A stretch of DNA of 64,000 nt. It comes from an uncultured Verrucomicrobiae bacterium (GTDB lineage Bacteria > Verrucomicrobiota > Verrucomicrobiia > Chthoniobacterales > UBA10450). The translations under genes were made by a program, and so were the position numbers. Below, one piece after another: positions 1-10,270 of this stretch (the first letter of the stretch is position 1; each line of letters begins with the position of its first letter). The stretch lies in assembly GCA_963726745.1 (NCBI GenBank), contig CAVSDR010000007.1, forward strand, positions 64,001-128,000, in the 5' to 3' direction. The notes under the pieces are model-generated. The model saw only the letters and a program-made list of their open reading frames with translations. It did no database searches and was not told the origin of the DNA.

Positions 1-533
1 AGCACAACCGCCCCCGCCCCGACGAAAGTATAGTCAGCAATTTCCACGCAACCAAGAACGCGCGCTCCCGGGGCGATGTGGACGCCACATCCTAAAACCG
101 ACTCATGGTCGACGCTCGCGCTGGTGTTGATTAGGCACTGGTCCCCCAGCCTTGCGTCCGCCGCTATTGCAGCCTGCGCCAGTACATGGCAACCGGTTCC
201 CAGATGCGCGGTCCTGGCGACGTAGGCCATCGGGTGAATTGCTCGGATAACTTCCACTCCACCCTCTTGCAGCACCGCCTGCAATTCCATCCTAGCTTGG
301 CCAGGCGATCCGATTGCCACCGAACCCGCGAGATCAGCCAAAGTCTTAGTGGCCCTCCAGTCCAGAAACTCTCCTCGGCCTCGGAGGCAAATAACTCCCG
401 GAAAAGGAGATTTTGCTCCAGGCGAATTATCCGCTACGGCCACCAAATCAAAGCCGGCAGGTCCGAGGAACTCATACAGAACCTTTGCATGGCCACTCGC
501 GCCCCAAAGAATCAGCGGTCGCAGGGGATTCAA
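1..533 (-). CDS. PglD/NeuD-family sugar acetyltransferase (hexapeptide repeats), 3' end runs off the window
   Basis: Hand translation from TTG at 533 (absent from the ORF track): MNPLRPLILWGASGHAKVL...VAIG...IHPMAYV...LINTSASVDHESVLGCGVHIAPGA, with the GASGHA Rossmann-like start, the DHE catalytic motif and left-handed beta-helix repeats. Confidence 0.85.
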   Translation of the reverse strand, partial: MNPLRPLILWGASGHAKVLYEFLGPAGFDLVAVADNSPGAKSPFPGVICLRGRGEFLDWRATKTLADLAGSVAIGSPGQARMELQAVLQEGGVEVIRAIHPMAYVARTAHLGTGCHVLAQAAIAADARLGDQCLINTSASVDHESVLGCGVHIAPGARVLGCVEIADYTFVGAGAVV

Positions 534-564
534 CCTTTAAGAATGGGCCGCAACCTTGCGGGAT

Positions 565-1518
565 CTAAACCTCATCCGCCGGAGGATTATTTACTATTTG
601 GAGAATTTCCTCATTGGTCAGGCGTGCGGTCGTCCCGGCTGAGAGACATTCCCTAGGTGGCTTCGCGGAAAGCTGATTAAAGGAGATCACGTAATGTTTA
701 ATGCCGTTAAACTCGACTTCCCGTGTAAAGGGCAGCTCCAGCTCGCCGATCAAGGTCTCCTCGTGCCGCTCACCGGGACGTCCTGGAATTTGCCGCCAAC
801 TTGCCCCTTCCTGGTCGCACCAAAGTTGCAGGATATCCTTGATCTGCGCTGCCTTCATGTAACGCGAGAGCAAGGTTCCATGCAGCTCGCCAACGTGCTG
901 GATCGCGGTGACCACGAGATTGACCGCTTCGTCCACGGTGAAGAAGAAACGCAGCATCTCCGGGCCCGTGGTCTCGATCACACCCATCGTCGCGAGGTGC
1001 TTCTTCCAGAGAACCAGGACCGACGCCGTGGACCAGGCGACATTCCCGTAACGCACGCACATGAAGCGCGTGCCACCGCGCCCGTCCATCGAGCAAAACA
1101 TTCGCTCCATGATCGCCTTTGAGAGCCCATAGGTGTTGCGGACCGGAGGCGCGGCCTTGTCCGTCGAGATGCCGATAACGGTCTTGACCCCGCGATCGAT
1201 CGCCGCTCGCGCGACGTTCTGCGAGCCGACCACATTGACGTCGATCGTCTCCATCGGCTGCACCTCGGAAACGTCAACAAACTTGGTCGCAGCCGCGTGG
1301 ACCACTACGTCCGGCTTCTCCTGGGCGAAGATGTCGCGCACCGATTCGATGTGAGCCACATCCATCGCAATGGAGCGGCAGCCGCTGTAGGACGAGGAAA
1401 GGAAATTCTGTTTGTTATTCCGGGCGGCCAAGACCACGTCGTGCCCCAGTTCCCGCAGGCGCTTCCCCAGTCGGCGTCCGAGGAAACCGGAACCGCCCGT
1501 AATCAGTATTTTGTCCAT
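565..1518 (-). CDS. Polysaccharide biosynthesis protein, UDP-sugar 4,6-dehydratase (PseB/CapD-like)
   Basis: TGGSGFLG, HAAATKFV, ISTDKA, YGLSKA, VRYGNV and RPGE motifs. Confidence 0.85.
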   Translation of the reverse strand: MDKILITGGSGFLGRRLGKRLRELGHDVVLAARNNKQNFLSSSYSGCRSIAMDVAHIESVRDIFAQEKPDVVVHAAATKFVDVSEVQPMETIDVNVVGSQNVARAAIDRGVKTVIGISTDKAAPPVRNTYGLSKAIMERMFCSMDGRGGTRFMCVRYGNVAWSTASVLVLWKKHLATMGVIETTGPEMLRFFFTVDEAVNLVVTAIQHVGELHGTLLSRYMKAAQIKDILQLWCDQEGASWRQIPGRPGERHEETLIGELELPFTREVEFNGIKHYVISFNQLSAKPPRECLSAGTTARLTNEEILQIVNNPPADEV

Positions 1519-1535
1519 GGTAAAAGTAACGAAAG

Positions 1536-2762
1536 CTAGATGATCCGAACCGTAGGGAGCGGGACGATAAACTTGCCGCCGCGCGCAGCGAACTCCTGCT
1601 CGTCAGCCACGATCTCCGCTTCATAGTTCCAAGCCGTCAACAAGGCATAGTCCGGGTAAGAGTCCCGAAACACGCTCCGCTCACGGATGGGGACGCCCAC
1701 GCCCGGGACCACCCGGCCATACCTAAGCGGAGAAAGGTCGCTTACATGATCCACCAAGTCAGGACCTATGCCGCAGAAGTTGAGCAAAATAGTGGCGCGT
1801 CCGCTGGCGCCATATGCCACCACCTTGCGACCGGCGCGCGCCAGGTCGGCGAGAAGGTCATGCAAGACCAGTCGGTGCCGTTCGGCAAAGGTGCGAAAAG
1901 CTGAAAGATCCAGCCGTTCCTCTTCCGCCAGGAGCTCGTCTACTGCCGATGTCCGCACCGCCTCGGCGTCGATGCGCGCAGCCGTCACCCGGATCGAGCC
2001 GCCGTGAATTGGAATCCGTTGGACGTCGATTACCTCCAGCTCGTGTGCGGCCAGGAGCTGCTGCAGGGAGCGCAGGGAGTAGTAGCAAGTGTGCTCGTGA
2101 TAGACCGTGTCGTATTGCTGCGTCCCTACCAAGTCCCCTTGGTAATGTACCTCAAAGACGAAACGTCCCGAAGGAGCCAGAAGGGCGCGAACCCCGGCCA
2201 CGAGCACATTGGGATCGTCCATGTGCGCGCAGACGTTATTCGCCACAATGATCTCCGCACTACCAAACTTAGCCAGGACCTGCTCGGCCGAGCGGCGGTC
2301 GAAATAACTTTGCACCAGTGGCCAGCCATTCTCCTCGCTGGCCCGGCGCGCCACGTCGGAGGGGTCCACCCCCACTACGCGGGCCCCGGATTTAGCCAGC
2401 GGATTGAGGAGGATGCCGTCATTGCACCCGATCTCCACAAAGAGCGGGTCTGCCATATCTCCGGTCATCCCACGCAGCTTTCCAGCGAGCGCTGTGTTGT
2501 GCTCCACCAGCGTGCGGTTAAACGACGAGCTGTAGGAGTAGTTCGCGAAAATCAGCTCCGGGTTCACCGTTTCGCTGACCTGGAGGAGCGTGCAATCAGT
2601 GCAGCGATGCAGGTGTAGCGGAAAGGTGCGCTTCGAGCGGGCGTCATCCGCCGGAAAGAACCCACCGGCAAGAGGCACCTGACCGTAATCCAACACCAGC
2701 TCCAAGTTGCGCGAAGCACAGACACGACAGTCCGTCCGAGTTACGAACGCTGTGTCTGCCAT
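1536..2762 (-). CDS. NDP-hexose C-methyltransferase (Zn-binding N-terminus, SAM-dependent)
   Basis: CRVC...CTDC Zn motif, EIGCNDG, YHEH, HGGSIR, YGASGRA and AWNY motifs; start placed at ATG 2762, just after the rfbF stop. Confidence 0.85.
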   Translation of the reverse strand: MADTAFVTRTDCRVCASRNLELVLDYGQVPLAGGFFPADDARSKRTFPLHLHRCTDCTLLQVSETVNPELIFANYSYSSSFNRTLVEHNTALAGKLRGMTGDMADPLFVEIGCNDGILLNPLAKSGARVVGVDPSDVARRASEENGWPLVQSYFDRRSAEQVLAKFGSAEIIVANNVCAHMDDPNVLVAGVRALLAPSGRFVFEVHYQGDLVGTQQYDTVYHEHTCYYSLRSLQQLLAAHELEVIDVQRIPIHGGSIRVTAARIDAEAVRTSAVDELLAEEERLDLSAFRTFAERHRLVLHDLLADLARAGRKVVAYGASGRATILLNFCGIGPDLVDHVSDLSPLRYGRVVPGVGVPIRERSVFRDSYPDYALLTAWNYEAEIVADEQEFAARGGKFIVPLPTVRII

Positions 2763-2767
2763 CGCTG

Positions 2768-3532
2768 CTACTCCCAGATCTTCCAAGGTGCTTCCCCGGA
2801 CTCCCATTGGCTTTCAAGTAACATCCGGTCGCGAATGTTATCCATGCACTGCCAGTAACCCGGATGACGATAAGCTGTCAGGCGCCCATCCAGAGCTACT
2901 TGCCGGAGCACCTCAAGACCGGTCGCATCGCTTTCGAGGTATTCGTAAAAATCCGGTTCCACCACCATGAACCCGCCATTGATCCAACCGCCGCCATGCT
3001 CCGGCTTCTCGTCAAACAAGCGCACGTATTCACTGTCCAAGGTAACTTCGCCGAAGCGCGCTGGCGATCTAACCGCTGTAAGCGTGACCGTCTTGCCGCT
3101 AGCTTGATGGAATGCGACCAGAGCGTTCAAATCGACATCGGAGACCGAATCGCCGTAAGCCAGGAGAAATGGCTCCTCCTCGAAATGTTCCCGCAAACGC
3201 CGAATCCTGCCGCCAGTATTCGTCTTCAAACCGGTATCGATAAGATGCACCCGCCAATCTTCGCGCGCAGTTGAGCGGGCGGTGACTTCGCCGGTGGCCA
3301 GGTCAATCGTGACATCCTTTTCCAGGGCGTAGTATTGGTGGAAGTAGCTTTTGATTGATTCGCCCTTATAACCCAAGGCACAGACAAACTCCTTGAAGCC
3401 GTAGAAAGCGTAATGCTTCATGATGTGCCAAAGGATAGGACGGCCCCCGATCGGCACCATCGGCTTTGGACGATACTCGGTTTCTTCCCGCAACCGTGTC
3501 CCCATCCCGCCGCAGAGGATTACGACCTTCAT
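2768..3532 (-). CDS. rfbF: Glucose-1-phosphate cytidylyltransferase
   Basis: MKVVILCGGMGTRLREET..PKPMVPIG, TNTGGR, WINGGF and YWQCMD motifs. Confidence 0.93.
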   Translation of the reverse strand: MKVVILCGGMGTRLREETEYRPKPMVPIGGRPILWHIMKHYAFYGFKEFVCALGYKGESIKSYFHQYYALEKDVTIDLATGEVTARSTAREDWRVHLIDTGLKTNTGGRIRRLREHFEEEPFLLAYGDSVSDVDLNALVAFHQASGKTVTLTAVRSPARFGEVTLDSEYVRLFDEKPEHGGGWINGGFMVVEPDFYEYLESDATGLEVLRQVALDGRLTAYRHPGYWQCMDNIRDRMLLESQWESGEAPWKIWE

Positions 3533-4821
3533 GCGATTCGTTCGATCCTCCAGTCCAGGCGCGGCCGGATAGGCCCCGGCATGGGGCCGGCATAGCCCGC
3601 GCGCGAAAGCATCAACGTCTCGTCGATGCGATCAACAACACTCAGCGCCAAGCCCTGCCGGTCGTAGAAGCTCACGTGGATTCCACTATAGAGAAACGTG
3701 AGGCCGAGCCCGATATTATATAGTCCGTTATTCAACAAATTACCCGGTACGGTGCAGCGCGCGGAATAAGTTCCGGCAGCGATCGGGTCGGCCACAAGCT
3801 CCGAAGCCGCCGCGACAAAGGCATAATCTCCGCGGCTGTCGAAGAAGTGAAAGTTAGGGTGTGGTCCTTGCGGGGCGTCGCGCAAAATTTCAAAGTCCAT
3901 TCGCACATGAAACGGATCGCGAATATCGACCTCGTGCACGGTCTCGCCGCTGCTGTTCTCGACTGCAGCGTAAAGCAGTCTTGCAAGGGAATCGCCCGGT
4001 GCATCACCGGAGTCCCGGTAGTCGATTACGTGCGGTGCCGCCCCGGAGGAGCCGAAGTATTTCGCAATTACCGCGCTCGGGTTTCCTTCCGCAGTCAGCT
4101 TCCCTTTCTCCAGCAGGAGCGCGCGCGTGCAGAGCGAGGTAATCATGCCGATTTGATGGCTCACGAAGAGGACCGTCCGGCCCTGGCGCTGCGAGACGTC
4201 CTGCATCTTGCCGACACACTTCTTTTGGAAGTCTGCGTCGCCCACGGCCAAGACTTCGTCCACTACCAGAATCTCCGGATCGAGATGGGCCGCCACGGCA
4301 AAAGCCAGGCGCACATACATCCCGCTGGAATAGCGTTTCACTGGCGAGTCGAGGAACTCCTCGATCCCGGAGAAATCGACAATCTCATCAAATTTCCGCT
4401 TAATTTCCGGACGCGTCATTCCGAGGATGGCGCCGTTCAGGAAGATATTCTCCCGGCCGGTCAGGTCGGGGTGGAATCCGGTGCCTACCTCCAGGAGACT
4501 CGCGATCCGGCCCTTGATCTTCACCTCGCCGCGGCTCGGCGTGGTCACCTGTGAAAGAATCTTTAGGAGCGTGCTCTTCCCGGCGCCGTTGCGTCCGATG
4601 ATTCCCAGAACCTCCCCCTCTCCCACCGCGAAGCTAACATCGTTCAGGGCCAGGAATCGCTTCCCGCCTACATGGGCCCCATTTTCACTCCCGATGACTG
4701 AACTCGGATCCGGAAGACCACGCCGGCGCGCCCACCACCGGGCAACGTCTTCTTTCAGCGTCGCGCCTCCGAGTGTCCCTAGGCGATACTCTTTGCTGAC
4801 GTGTTCGACTGAGATAACCAT
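3529..4821 (-). CDS. wzt: Polysaccharide ABC exporter ATP-binding subunit with C-terminal Wzt_C domain
   Basis: GRNGAGKST Walker A, YSSGM signature, DEVLAVGD Walker B and a ~170 aa C-terminal extension. Confidence 0.92.
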   Translation of the reverse strand: MVISVEHVSKEYRLGTLGGATLKEDVARWWARRRGLPDPSSVIGSENGAHVGGKRFLALNDVSFAVGEGEVLGIIGRNGAGKSTLLKILSQVTTPSRGEVKIKGRIASLLEVGTGFHPDLTGRENIFLNGAILGMTRPEIKRKFDEIVDFSGIEEFLDSPVKRYSSGMYVRLAFAVAAHLDPEILVVDEVLAVGDADFQKKCVGKMQDVSQRQGRTVLFVSHQIGMITSLCTRALLLEKGKLTAEGNPSAVIAKYFGSSGAAPHVIDYRDSGDAPGDSLARLLYAAVENSSGETVHEVDIRDPFHVRMDFEILRDAPQGPHPNFHFFDSRGDYAFVAAASELVADPIAAGTYSARCTVPGNLLNNGLYNIGLGLTFLYSGIHVSFYDRQGLALSVVDRIDETLMLSRAGYAGPMPGPIRPRLDWRIERIA

Positions 4822-4830
4822 CGCGCGCGC

Positions 4831-5779
4831 CTAGACGGTATCCATGAAGCTGCGCTCCACGTGCGTGAAGAGCATCAGCCCCACCAAGCAGGACTACGAC
4901 CATGACTCCGAAGCTGATCGCCAGATGAGTGACATCCACCAGCCCGGAGCCCAGGAAGGCCAAGCGAAAACCTTCCACCACCGGGGTGAGCGGATTCAAT
5001 TCCACCACCCAGCGGAATCCCGCCGGAACCACGGAGACCGGATAGATTACGGGAGTGGCATACATCATTAACTGCACGCCAAAGTTAACCAAATTGGCCA
5101 GATCGCGATACCGGGTCGTGAGTGCAGAAACGATGATGCCACAGCCGAGGCTGTAACCCGCCAGCATAAAGATGAAAAGCGGCGTCGCTGCGATCCACGG
5201 CGTCACATGCATCTCGCCAGTTCGAATCCAATACCAACCAAGAATGACCAGGAAGATTCCGAATTGAATCGCGAAGGTGATGAAGCTGGAAACCGTAATC
5301 GAGATCGGCAACACAAGGCGGTGAAAATAGACCTTCCCCAGCAAGTGGGTATTCCCCACGAAAGTGCTGGCTGTTTTCATGAGGTTTCCAGAAAAGAACC
5401 CCCATGCGACGAGTCCGGAGAGGTAGAAAAGAAAAGGCGGAATCCCGCCGGTCGACAGCCGCGCGACCTTGCTGAAGATGAGTGTAAACATCAACGTCGT
5501 CAGCAGCGGCTGGATAATGTGCCAGGCCGGCCCCAGCACGGTTTGCTTGTAGGCCGAAACAAAGTCGCGCCAGACGAACATCCCAATCAGGTCGCGATAG
5601 CGCCAGAGCTGCTGCAAGCGCCAGTCCAGCCAGCCGCGATGTCGAGTAATGGTAGTGGTCCACTCGATAGGCGCATCGCCCGGATGGCTCGTCTGCTGCG
5701 GTCCGGACATCTGCGCGACTCCTCCACCAGCGCCTTCCGCGTTATCTTGAAGGCTCACTTCATTGGCTTCTCTTTGCAT
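4831..5779 (-). CDS. wzm: Polysaccharide ABC exporter permease (frameshift near the 3' end; start uncertain, could be 5710)
   Basis: RDF..YKQT.LG.AW..IQPL, YFHRL, YRD and MYATPVIYP...NPLT motifs; the canonical end GLMLFTHVERSFMDTV* is in another frame and stops at TAG 4831. Confidence 0.88.
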
Positions 5780-5796
5780 TCAGACGACGAAGGTTA

Positions 5797-6711
5797 TCAG
5801 CTCCTGCTCGGAGGAACGCAAACTTTGCGGGCATAGGCTTCAGCCCGGAGGTGGGCGAAGGCCATCTTCCGCGAAAGGCCCCGATTGAAGAGTAAATGTT
5901 TCAAGTAACGCATCGTCGACCAACGGGCCGGGCGAGGGGCAACTGCCCGCCATTTATATTGCAGGAGCATGGAGGAGGCGTTCAAGCCTTCGGCCAAACG
6001 GACGAGATAGTCCTCACTCACCCGCTCGCTTGAAATAAGATGGGTAACGCGCAAGGAAGGGAACACACCCATCCCCCACCCTTTCGCGCAAGCGACATAA
6101 GCTATTTCAGTATCTCCGCCGCTCAGGAGCGCTCCGGACTCTCGATCGCCGAGGCGCACCTCCGATTGCTCGTAGAATTTGCGATATTCCAAGGCGACGG
6201 CGCGTCGGAGACAAAGGCCGGCGCCCCAAGGTTCCGCCTCCTGGCACGATGCCACGTTGCTCCACTGTGCAGTCTTAACCTCCCGCACCGCGAGGTAAGG
6301 AAGGAAGTCGCGCATTTCCGGCGAAGGTTCGGCTTCGAATTCGCCAATGATCGACCCTCCCCAGACCCCGAGGTTTGGCCATTCCTGCGCGATCGCCAGG
6401 GCTGCCTCGAGGTAATCAGGTGCCACCACATTGTCGTCATCGACGAACACCATCACTTCACCCTGAGCTTCCGCGAGACCTCGGAGCCGGGCGTTGCTAA
6501 GGCCTCCGATTTCCTCGCGAATGATCGCGCCGTGCGGGTGCCAGCCGAGATCCCAAGCACCGGCAAGAGACTCCGTCGACTTGCTGTCGATCACAATTAA
6601 TTCCCACTGCTCTTGCGGGAGCGACTGCTCCTTTAACCCATCTAGAACCCGACAGAAGCGCTCGCGCTGCGGGTTATGCGTGCAAATGAGGACTGACAGG
6701 AGGATGCCCAC
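5797..6711 (-). CDS. Glycosyltransferase family 2
   Basis: SVLICTHN, GLSNAR, VFVDDD and GGDTE motifs. Confidence 0.88.
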   Translation of the reverse strand: MGILLSVLICTHNPQRERFCRVLDGLKEQSLPQEQWELIVIDSKSTESLAGAWDLGWHPHGAIIREEIGGLSNARLRGLAEAQGEVMVFVDDDNVVAPDYLEAALAIAQEWPNLGVWGGSIIGEFEAEPSPEMRDFLPYLAVREVKTAQWSNVASCQEAEPWGAGLCLRRAVALEYRKFYEQSEVRLGDRESGALLSGGDTEIAYVACAKGWGMGVFPSLRVTHLISSERVSEDYLVRLAEGLNASSMLLQYKWRAVAPRPARWSTMRYLKHLLFNRGLSRKMAFAHLRAEAYARKVCVPPSRS

Positions 6712-6819
6712 GAGTTGCTAGGAGCGGATTACGACGGGCACTGGGGCATCTTGCCGTCGGCCTGAAGCAATAAAAGAACGAGTTCGTCGTGAGCGCGTGA
6801 AATTCAATCACGCAGTCGC

Positions 6820-8628
6820 TCACTTGGGAGTGACCTGGAGATTACCTGGGGGAACCGGCCCGGAAGGAAGAACGCCCTCGAATTTCATCTGCGCGGGGAT
6901 CGAATTCGTCATGGGCGTGACATCCGGGCCTATTGGTGGAAAGGGTGCTCCCTTAGCCCACCATTTGGGCTTGGCCGACAGATACAGTGATGCCGGCAGG
7001 GTATGATCGGAGATCGTGTCGTCCCAGTGCGTTTGCTTGGTGACGTAGTCGTAGTTGCCGTGCCGCAGCAAGGTCGCGGCAACCTGGGGATCAGCAGGCG
7101 ATGTTCCGCCGCCCTCACCTGCGTAGCCCAGCATCCAAACCTTGTAAAAATTTCCATACGGCGCGGCGTCGGGCGCCAGCTTCTCGTAGACGCCCACACC
7201 TTTGGGATTCGACAAAGCTGCCAGGTCGGAGGCTATTTCGGGATAACCAAGGATATTTCCAACGGCGGTGAAGTTGCGCTGGTAAGCATCCAATTCAATC
7301 GAACAAAGAGCGGAGTCTTTGCCGGCCGCTTTTCCTTTCCACCAATTCCGGTAGATCGTGTTGTCGCCGCTATTTCCATGGAAGGTATCGGCCACGATTC
7401 CCCGGATGCCGACGTTTCCTTCAATCAAATTCATCATCGGATAAGACGAATGGAAGGCGATGTCCATCTTCTGGATGTTCGCCGTTTCGCTGGCGGCGTT
7501 GGTGAAGAAATTGTAGCCGATTACGCAACCCGCGGCACCGTAACCCACGGTTACGTGCCCCCGGTTTCCCTCGAAGATATTGTTCTCTATCAAGAGTGCG
7601 GTGGTCTTCGAATTCGGCTGGTCGCCACCGGGAGTTCCTAACTGGATGCCGTATCCGCGCGAAGAAGTGATCGGCGGTAACACACCCCGAAACGTGCTGT
7701 CGCGGATTTCACAGCGAAACGTATCGAAGGTCCAAATGTGGCAAAGCCCGGCATCAAGGCTGGTCACGCCCTTGACCCAGGAATAGGCGGTAAATTGCAT
7801 CGAGATATTGGCGTTGCCGTAAGGATGATTGTTCTTGATCGTGAGATTTTCCACCCCGGCGTACTCGGTAAAGTTTCTAGCTGGATTCGCCCCGTTGACC
7901 GGAAAACGAAGGCGCGGTTTGAGGCTGGCATCGTAGGTTTGATAAAGCGCCGGCGTGAAAGTGACCGTGTTTCCTGAGATTCCCGTGACCTCGAGCCACT
8001 GACCCCGTGCCCAGGGGCCACCACTCCCTTCACTTCCGCCGAAGATGAGCTGCGGGTCGTTCTCTGCTTGCAACTGCACTTTCACTCCCACTGCCAGCTC
8101 CTTGGTGGTCGCAACCTCGACGCTGGTTGACCCTTTGGCCGCGCCCGAGACCACCGCAATCGGGGTCGCGTAATACCAATAGGGCCCGTAGAATTTGATC
8201 ACATCGGCGGAAGGGAGATTCGACAGCAGCACCGTCCCCGGCCCGGATCCCCGAAGGACCACATGTCCGGGAATGGTCAGCGTCCGTCCGATCTTAAACG
8301 TCCCTGGTGGCAGCGCCACCACTTGCTCAGGCCCGCAAGCATTCAGTGCTGCCTGGATCGTTTCGGCCACATCCGAGTCGCCGGTCTTATCGATCGAATC
8401 GAGCATCTTAAAGATACTCGTGCGTGCCGGAATTCCACCCGGTAGTCCGCTCTGTGACCAATCGACTCTGCGCTCGGGAGGAATGATCTCTCCGTGGGCG
8501 ACCGAAGCGAGGAGGCGCAACCCGCAGAGCGCAACAAAGGCACGGCGCCTCCAGGTCGCCGCAGTACGCAGGGAAGTTGGTCGCAATGAAACATCCATAA
8601 CCATCTTGGCAAGCAGAGCGGGTGCCAT
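6820..8628 (-). CDS. Secreted right-handed beta-helix protein (pectate lyase 3/GH28-like)
   Basis: Signal-like hydrophobic stretch ending AHG, DKTGDSDVAETIQAAL..PPGTF..VVLRGSG N-terminus, and repeated IENN/IGYN/LIEGN strands. Confidence 0.7.
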   Translation of the reverse strand: MAPALLAKMVMDVSLRPTSLRTAATWRRRAFVALCGLRLLASVAHGEIIPPERRVDWSQSGLPGGIPARTSIFKMLDSIDKTGDSDVAETIQAALNACGPEQVVALPPGTFKIGRTLTIPGHVVLRGSGPGTVLLSNLPSADVIKFYGPYWYYATPIAVVSGAAKGSTSVEVATTKELAVGVKVQLQAENDPQLIFGGSEGSGGPWARGQWLEVTGISGNTVTFTPALYQTYDASLKPRLRFPVNGANPARNFTEYAGVENLTIKNNHPYGNANISMQFTAYSWVKGVTSLDAGLCHIWTFDTFRCEIRDSTFRGVLPPITSSRGYGIQLGTPGGDQPNSKTTALLIENNIFEGNRGHVTVGYGAAGCVIGYNFFTNAASETANIQKMDIAFHSSYPMMNLIEGNVGIRGIVADTFHGNSGDNTIYRNWWKGKAAGKDSALCSIELDAYQRNFTAVGNILGYPEIASDLAALSNPKGVGVYEKLAPDAAPYGNFYKVWMLGYAGEGGGTSPADPQVAATLLRHGNYDYVTKQTHWDDTISDHTLPASLYLSAKPKWWAKGAPFPPIGPDVTPMTNSIPAQMKFEGVLPSGPVPPGNLQVTPK

Positions 8629-8634
8629 GGCCCG

Positions 8635-9243
8635 CTAAGAAACCGCCCCACGAAAGACCACCGCGACCGTGGTGACGTCGTCCGGGCGATGGTCTTCGAC
8701 CACGGCAAAATTCTCCTGAATCAATTCCAGAATGCGCGCGTAGCGCTGCCGATCGCACATCCGGACGACAAAAACGCCGCCCGGTTTTAGGAAGCCTTGA
8801 TAGCGGTGAAGCATGCGCACGATTTTCGAGAGCGGGACGTAGAAGATCGACTCTCGAAAAAGAATCAGGTCATAGTGGGCGCTAGGCGCGTAGCTGAAGA
8901 CATCGCTCTGGGCATAGCTGTTCTTGGCCGCGCGCCCCCCCGCGGCACTACGGATGCGCGCTTTCTCCACCGCAACCCCGGAGATATCGACGCCGTGATA
9001 GGCGTCGTAGCTCTCCCACGGCAGCTCATTGCCTGTGTTTCCGGATCCGCATCCGAGATCGAGGATGCTGCCGCCTCGCGCGTGCCTGCTAAGGATTGGG
9101 TAGATCAAATCGTCGGCGGTGTTCTCGATATAATCCCAGCGCCCATTGGCAAATTCATGGTCCCAGAGCCATTTCTTGGCTCCTCCGGTGCCCCAGGACT
9201 GCAAGAGAGAGCGGAACTTGTTTGCTGCGCTTTGAATCACCAT
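8635..9243 (-). CDS. Class I SAM-dependent methyltransferase
   Basis: ILDLGCGSG, GVDIS and LKPGG motifs. Confidence 0.85.
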   Translation of the reverse strand: MVIQSAANKFRSLLQSWGTGGAKKWLWDHEFANGRWDYIENTADDLIYPILSRHARGGSILDLGCGSGNTGNELPWESYDAYHGVDISGVAVEKARIRSAAGGRAAKNSYAQSDVFSYAPSAHYDLILFRESIFYVPLSKIVRMLHRYQGFLKPGGVFVVRMCDRQRYARILELIQENFAVVEDHRPDDVTTVAVVFRGAVS

Positions 9244-10253
9244 TCGGCTGGTTTCCTCGAAAGATTCTGCAGCAGTCCATCCCAGCGCCGTTCAACCCCG
9301 GAGCGAACTTTCGGAAGTTCAAACATGGCCCGTTTCGCCAGCCGCCAGCCGAAGCAGCGGCGGAGCATCTCGTATTTCACGGGCAATGGAGGAACGCGTA
9401 ATTTGCCACCGAGTTGCTCGGCTAGTTCCATCGCCTGACGACAAATTGCTCCGTGCTCGGGGTAAAAGTGGATCAGCCAGCGTTGGAGAAAGGCGATGCA
9501 AGCGCTACGCGTCCTTTCGTCGTTCCGCAAGGCCTGGAGAGAGGCGATATGCGTACAAATCGAAGTGAACTGCGACTCAGCCTTCCGTCGGGAGAAGTTG
9601 ACGCTACTAAGGCTATTGCCACTGGAGGTGCGGTAATGGGAAAGCCCTCCGGGCACGAACTTCACGGCTTTCGCGGCTTGAATCACGCGGCAAAAATAGT
9701 CGCCATCGTCATCCGCGTTTAGCGCCTCGTTCCAACGGCCCGCAGCCTCTGCAAGCGCTCGACTGACCAGCCATGACTCAACGATCATGTAAAGGTTTTG
9801 CTCCAACTTCAGCGTCAGCCATTCCGCTGGATCGAGATCCGTCCACAACGCACTCGCGGCGATCAGCCCTCTCTCTGGGCGATGATAAAAGCGACTCCAA
9901 CCGGAAGAAAAGAGGACCCGATCGTCGGCGATGCGTTCGGCCGCGCGCACTTGCGATTCGACCTTGTTCTTCCCGAGAAGGTCATCTGCGTCCAGCCATT
10001 GCAGAAAATCGCCTTGGGCCAAACTCAAGGCATGGTTACGGGCAGCGGCCGCACCGGCGTTCCGCTGCGACACCACTTTAACCTTCGCCGTGGCGAAGCG
10101 AGAGGCCTGAGCCAGCGTGTTGTCCTTCGATCCATCATCAACGACGATGATTTCCGTCCTTTCCCAAGTCTGATCCAACGCGCTCTGGATGGCCGCGCCA
10201 ATCCAAGGCCCGGCGTTGTAAGCTGGAATCAAAATTGAGACGAGCGCCGCCAA
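9237..10253 (-). CDS. Glycosyltransferase family 2
   Basis: VSILIPAYNA, VDDGSKD and WLDADD motifs; TTG start at 10253 preceded by a GGGGAGG RBS. Confidence 0.88.
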   Translation of the reverse strand: MAALVSILIPAYNAGPWIGAAIQSALDQTWERTEIIVVDDGSKDNTLAQASRFATAKVKVVSQRNAGAAAARNHALSLAQGDFLQWLDADDLLGKNKVESQVRAAERIADDRVLFSSGWSRFYHRPERGLIAASALWTDLDPAEWLTLKLEQNLYMIVESWLVSRALAEAAGRWNEALNADDDGDYFCRVIQAAKAVKFVPGGLSHYRTSSGNSLSSVNFSRRKAESQFTSICTHIASLQALRNDERTRSACIAFLQRWLIHFYPEHGAICRQAMELAEQLGGKLRVPPLPVKYEMLRRCFGWRLAKRAMFELPKVRSGVERRWDGLLQNLSRKPAEW

Positions 10254-10270
10254 TTTGGTTTCCTCCCCGA

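Noticed and set aside
4685..4890. Extended Wzm C-terminus overlapping wzt
   Set aside because: The canonical ending FTHVERSFMDTV* is present in the neighbouring frame, and the shift lies next to a G run.
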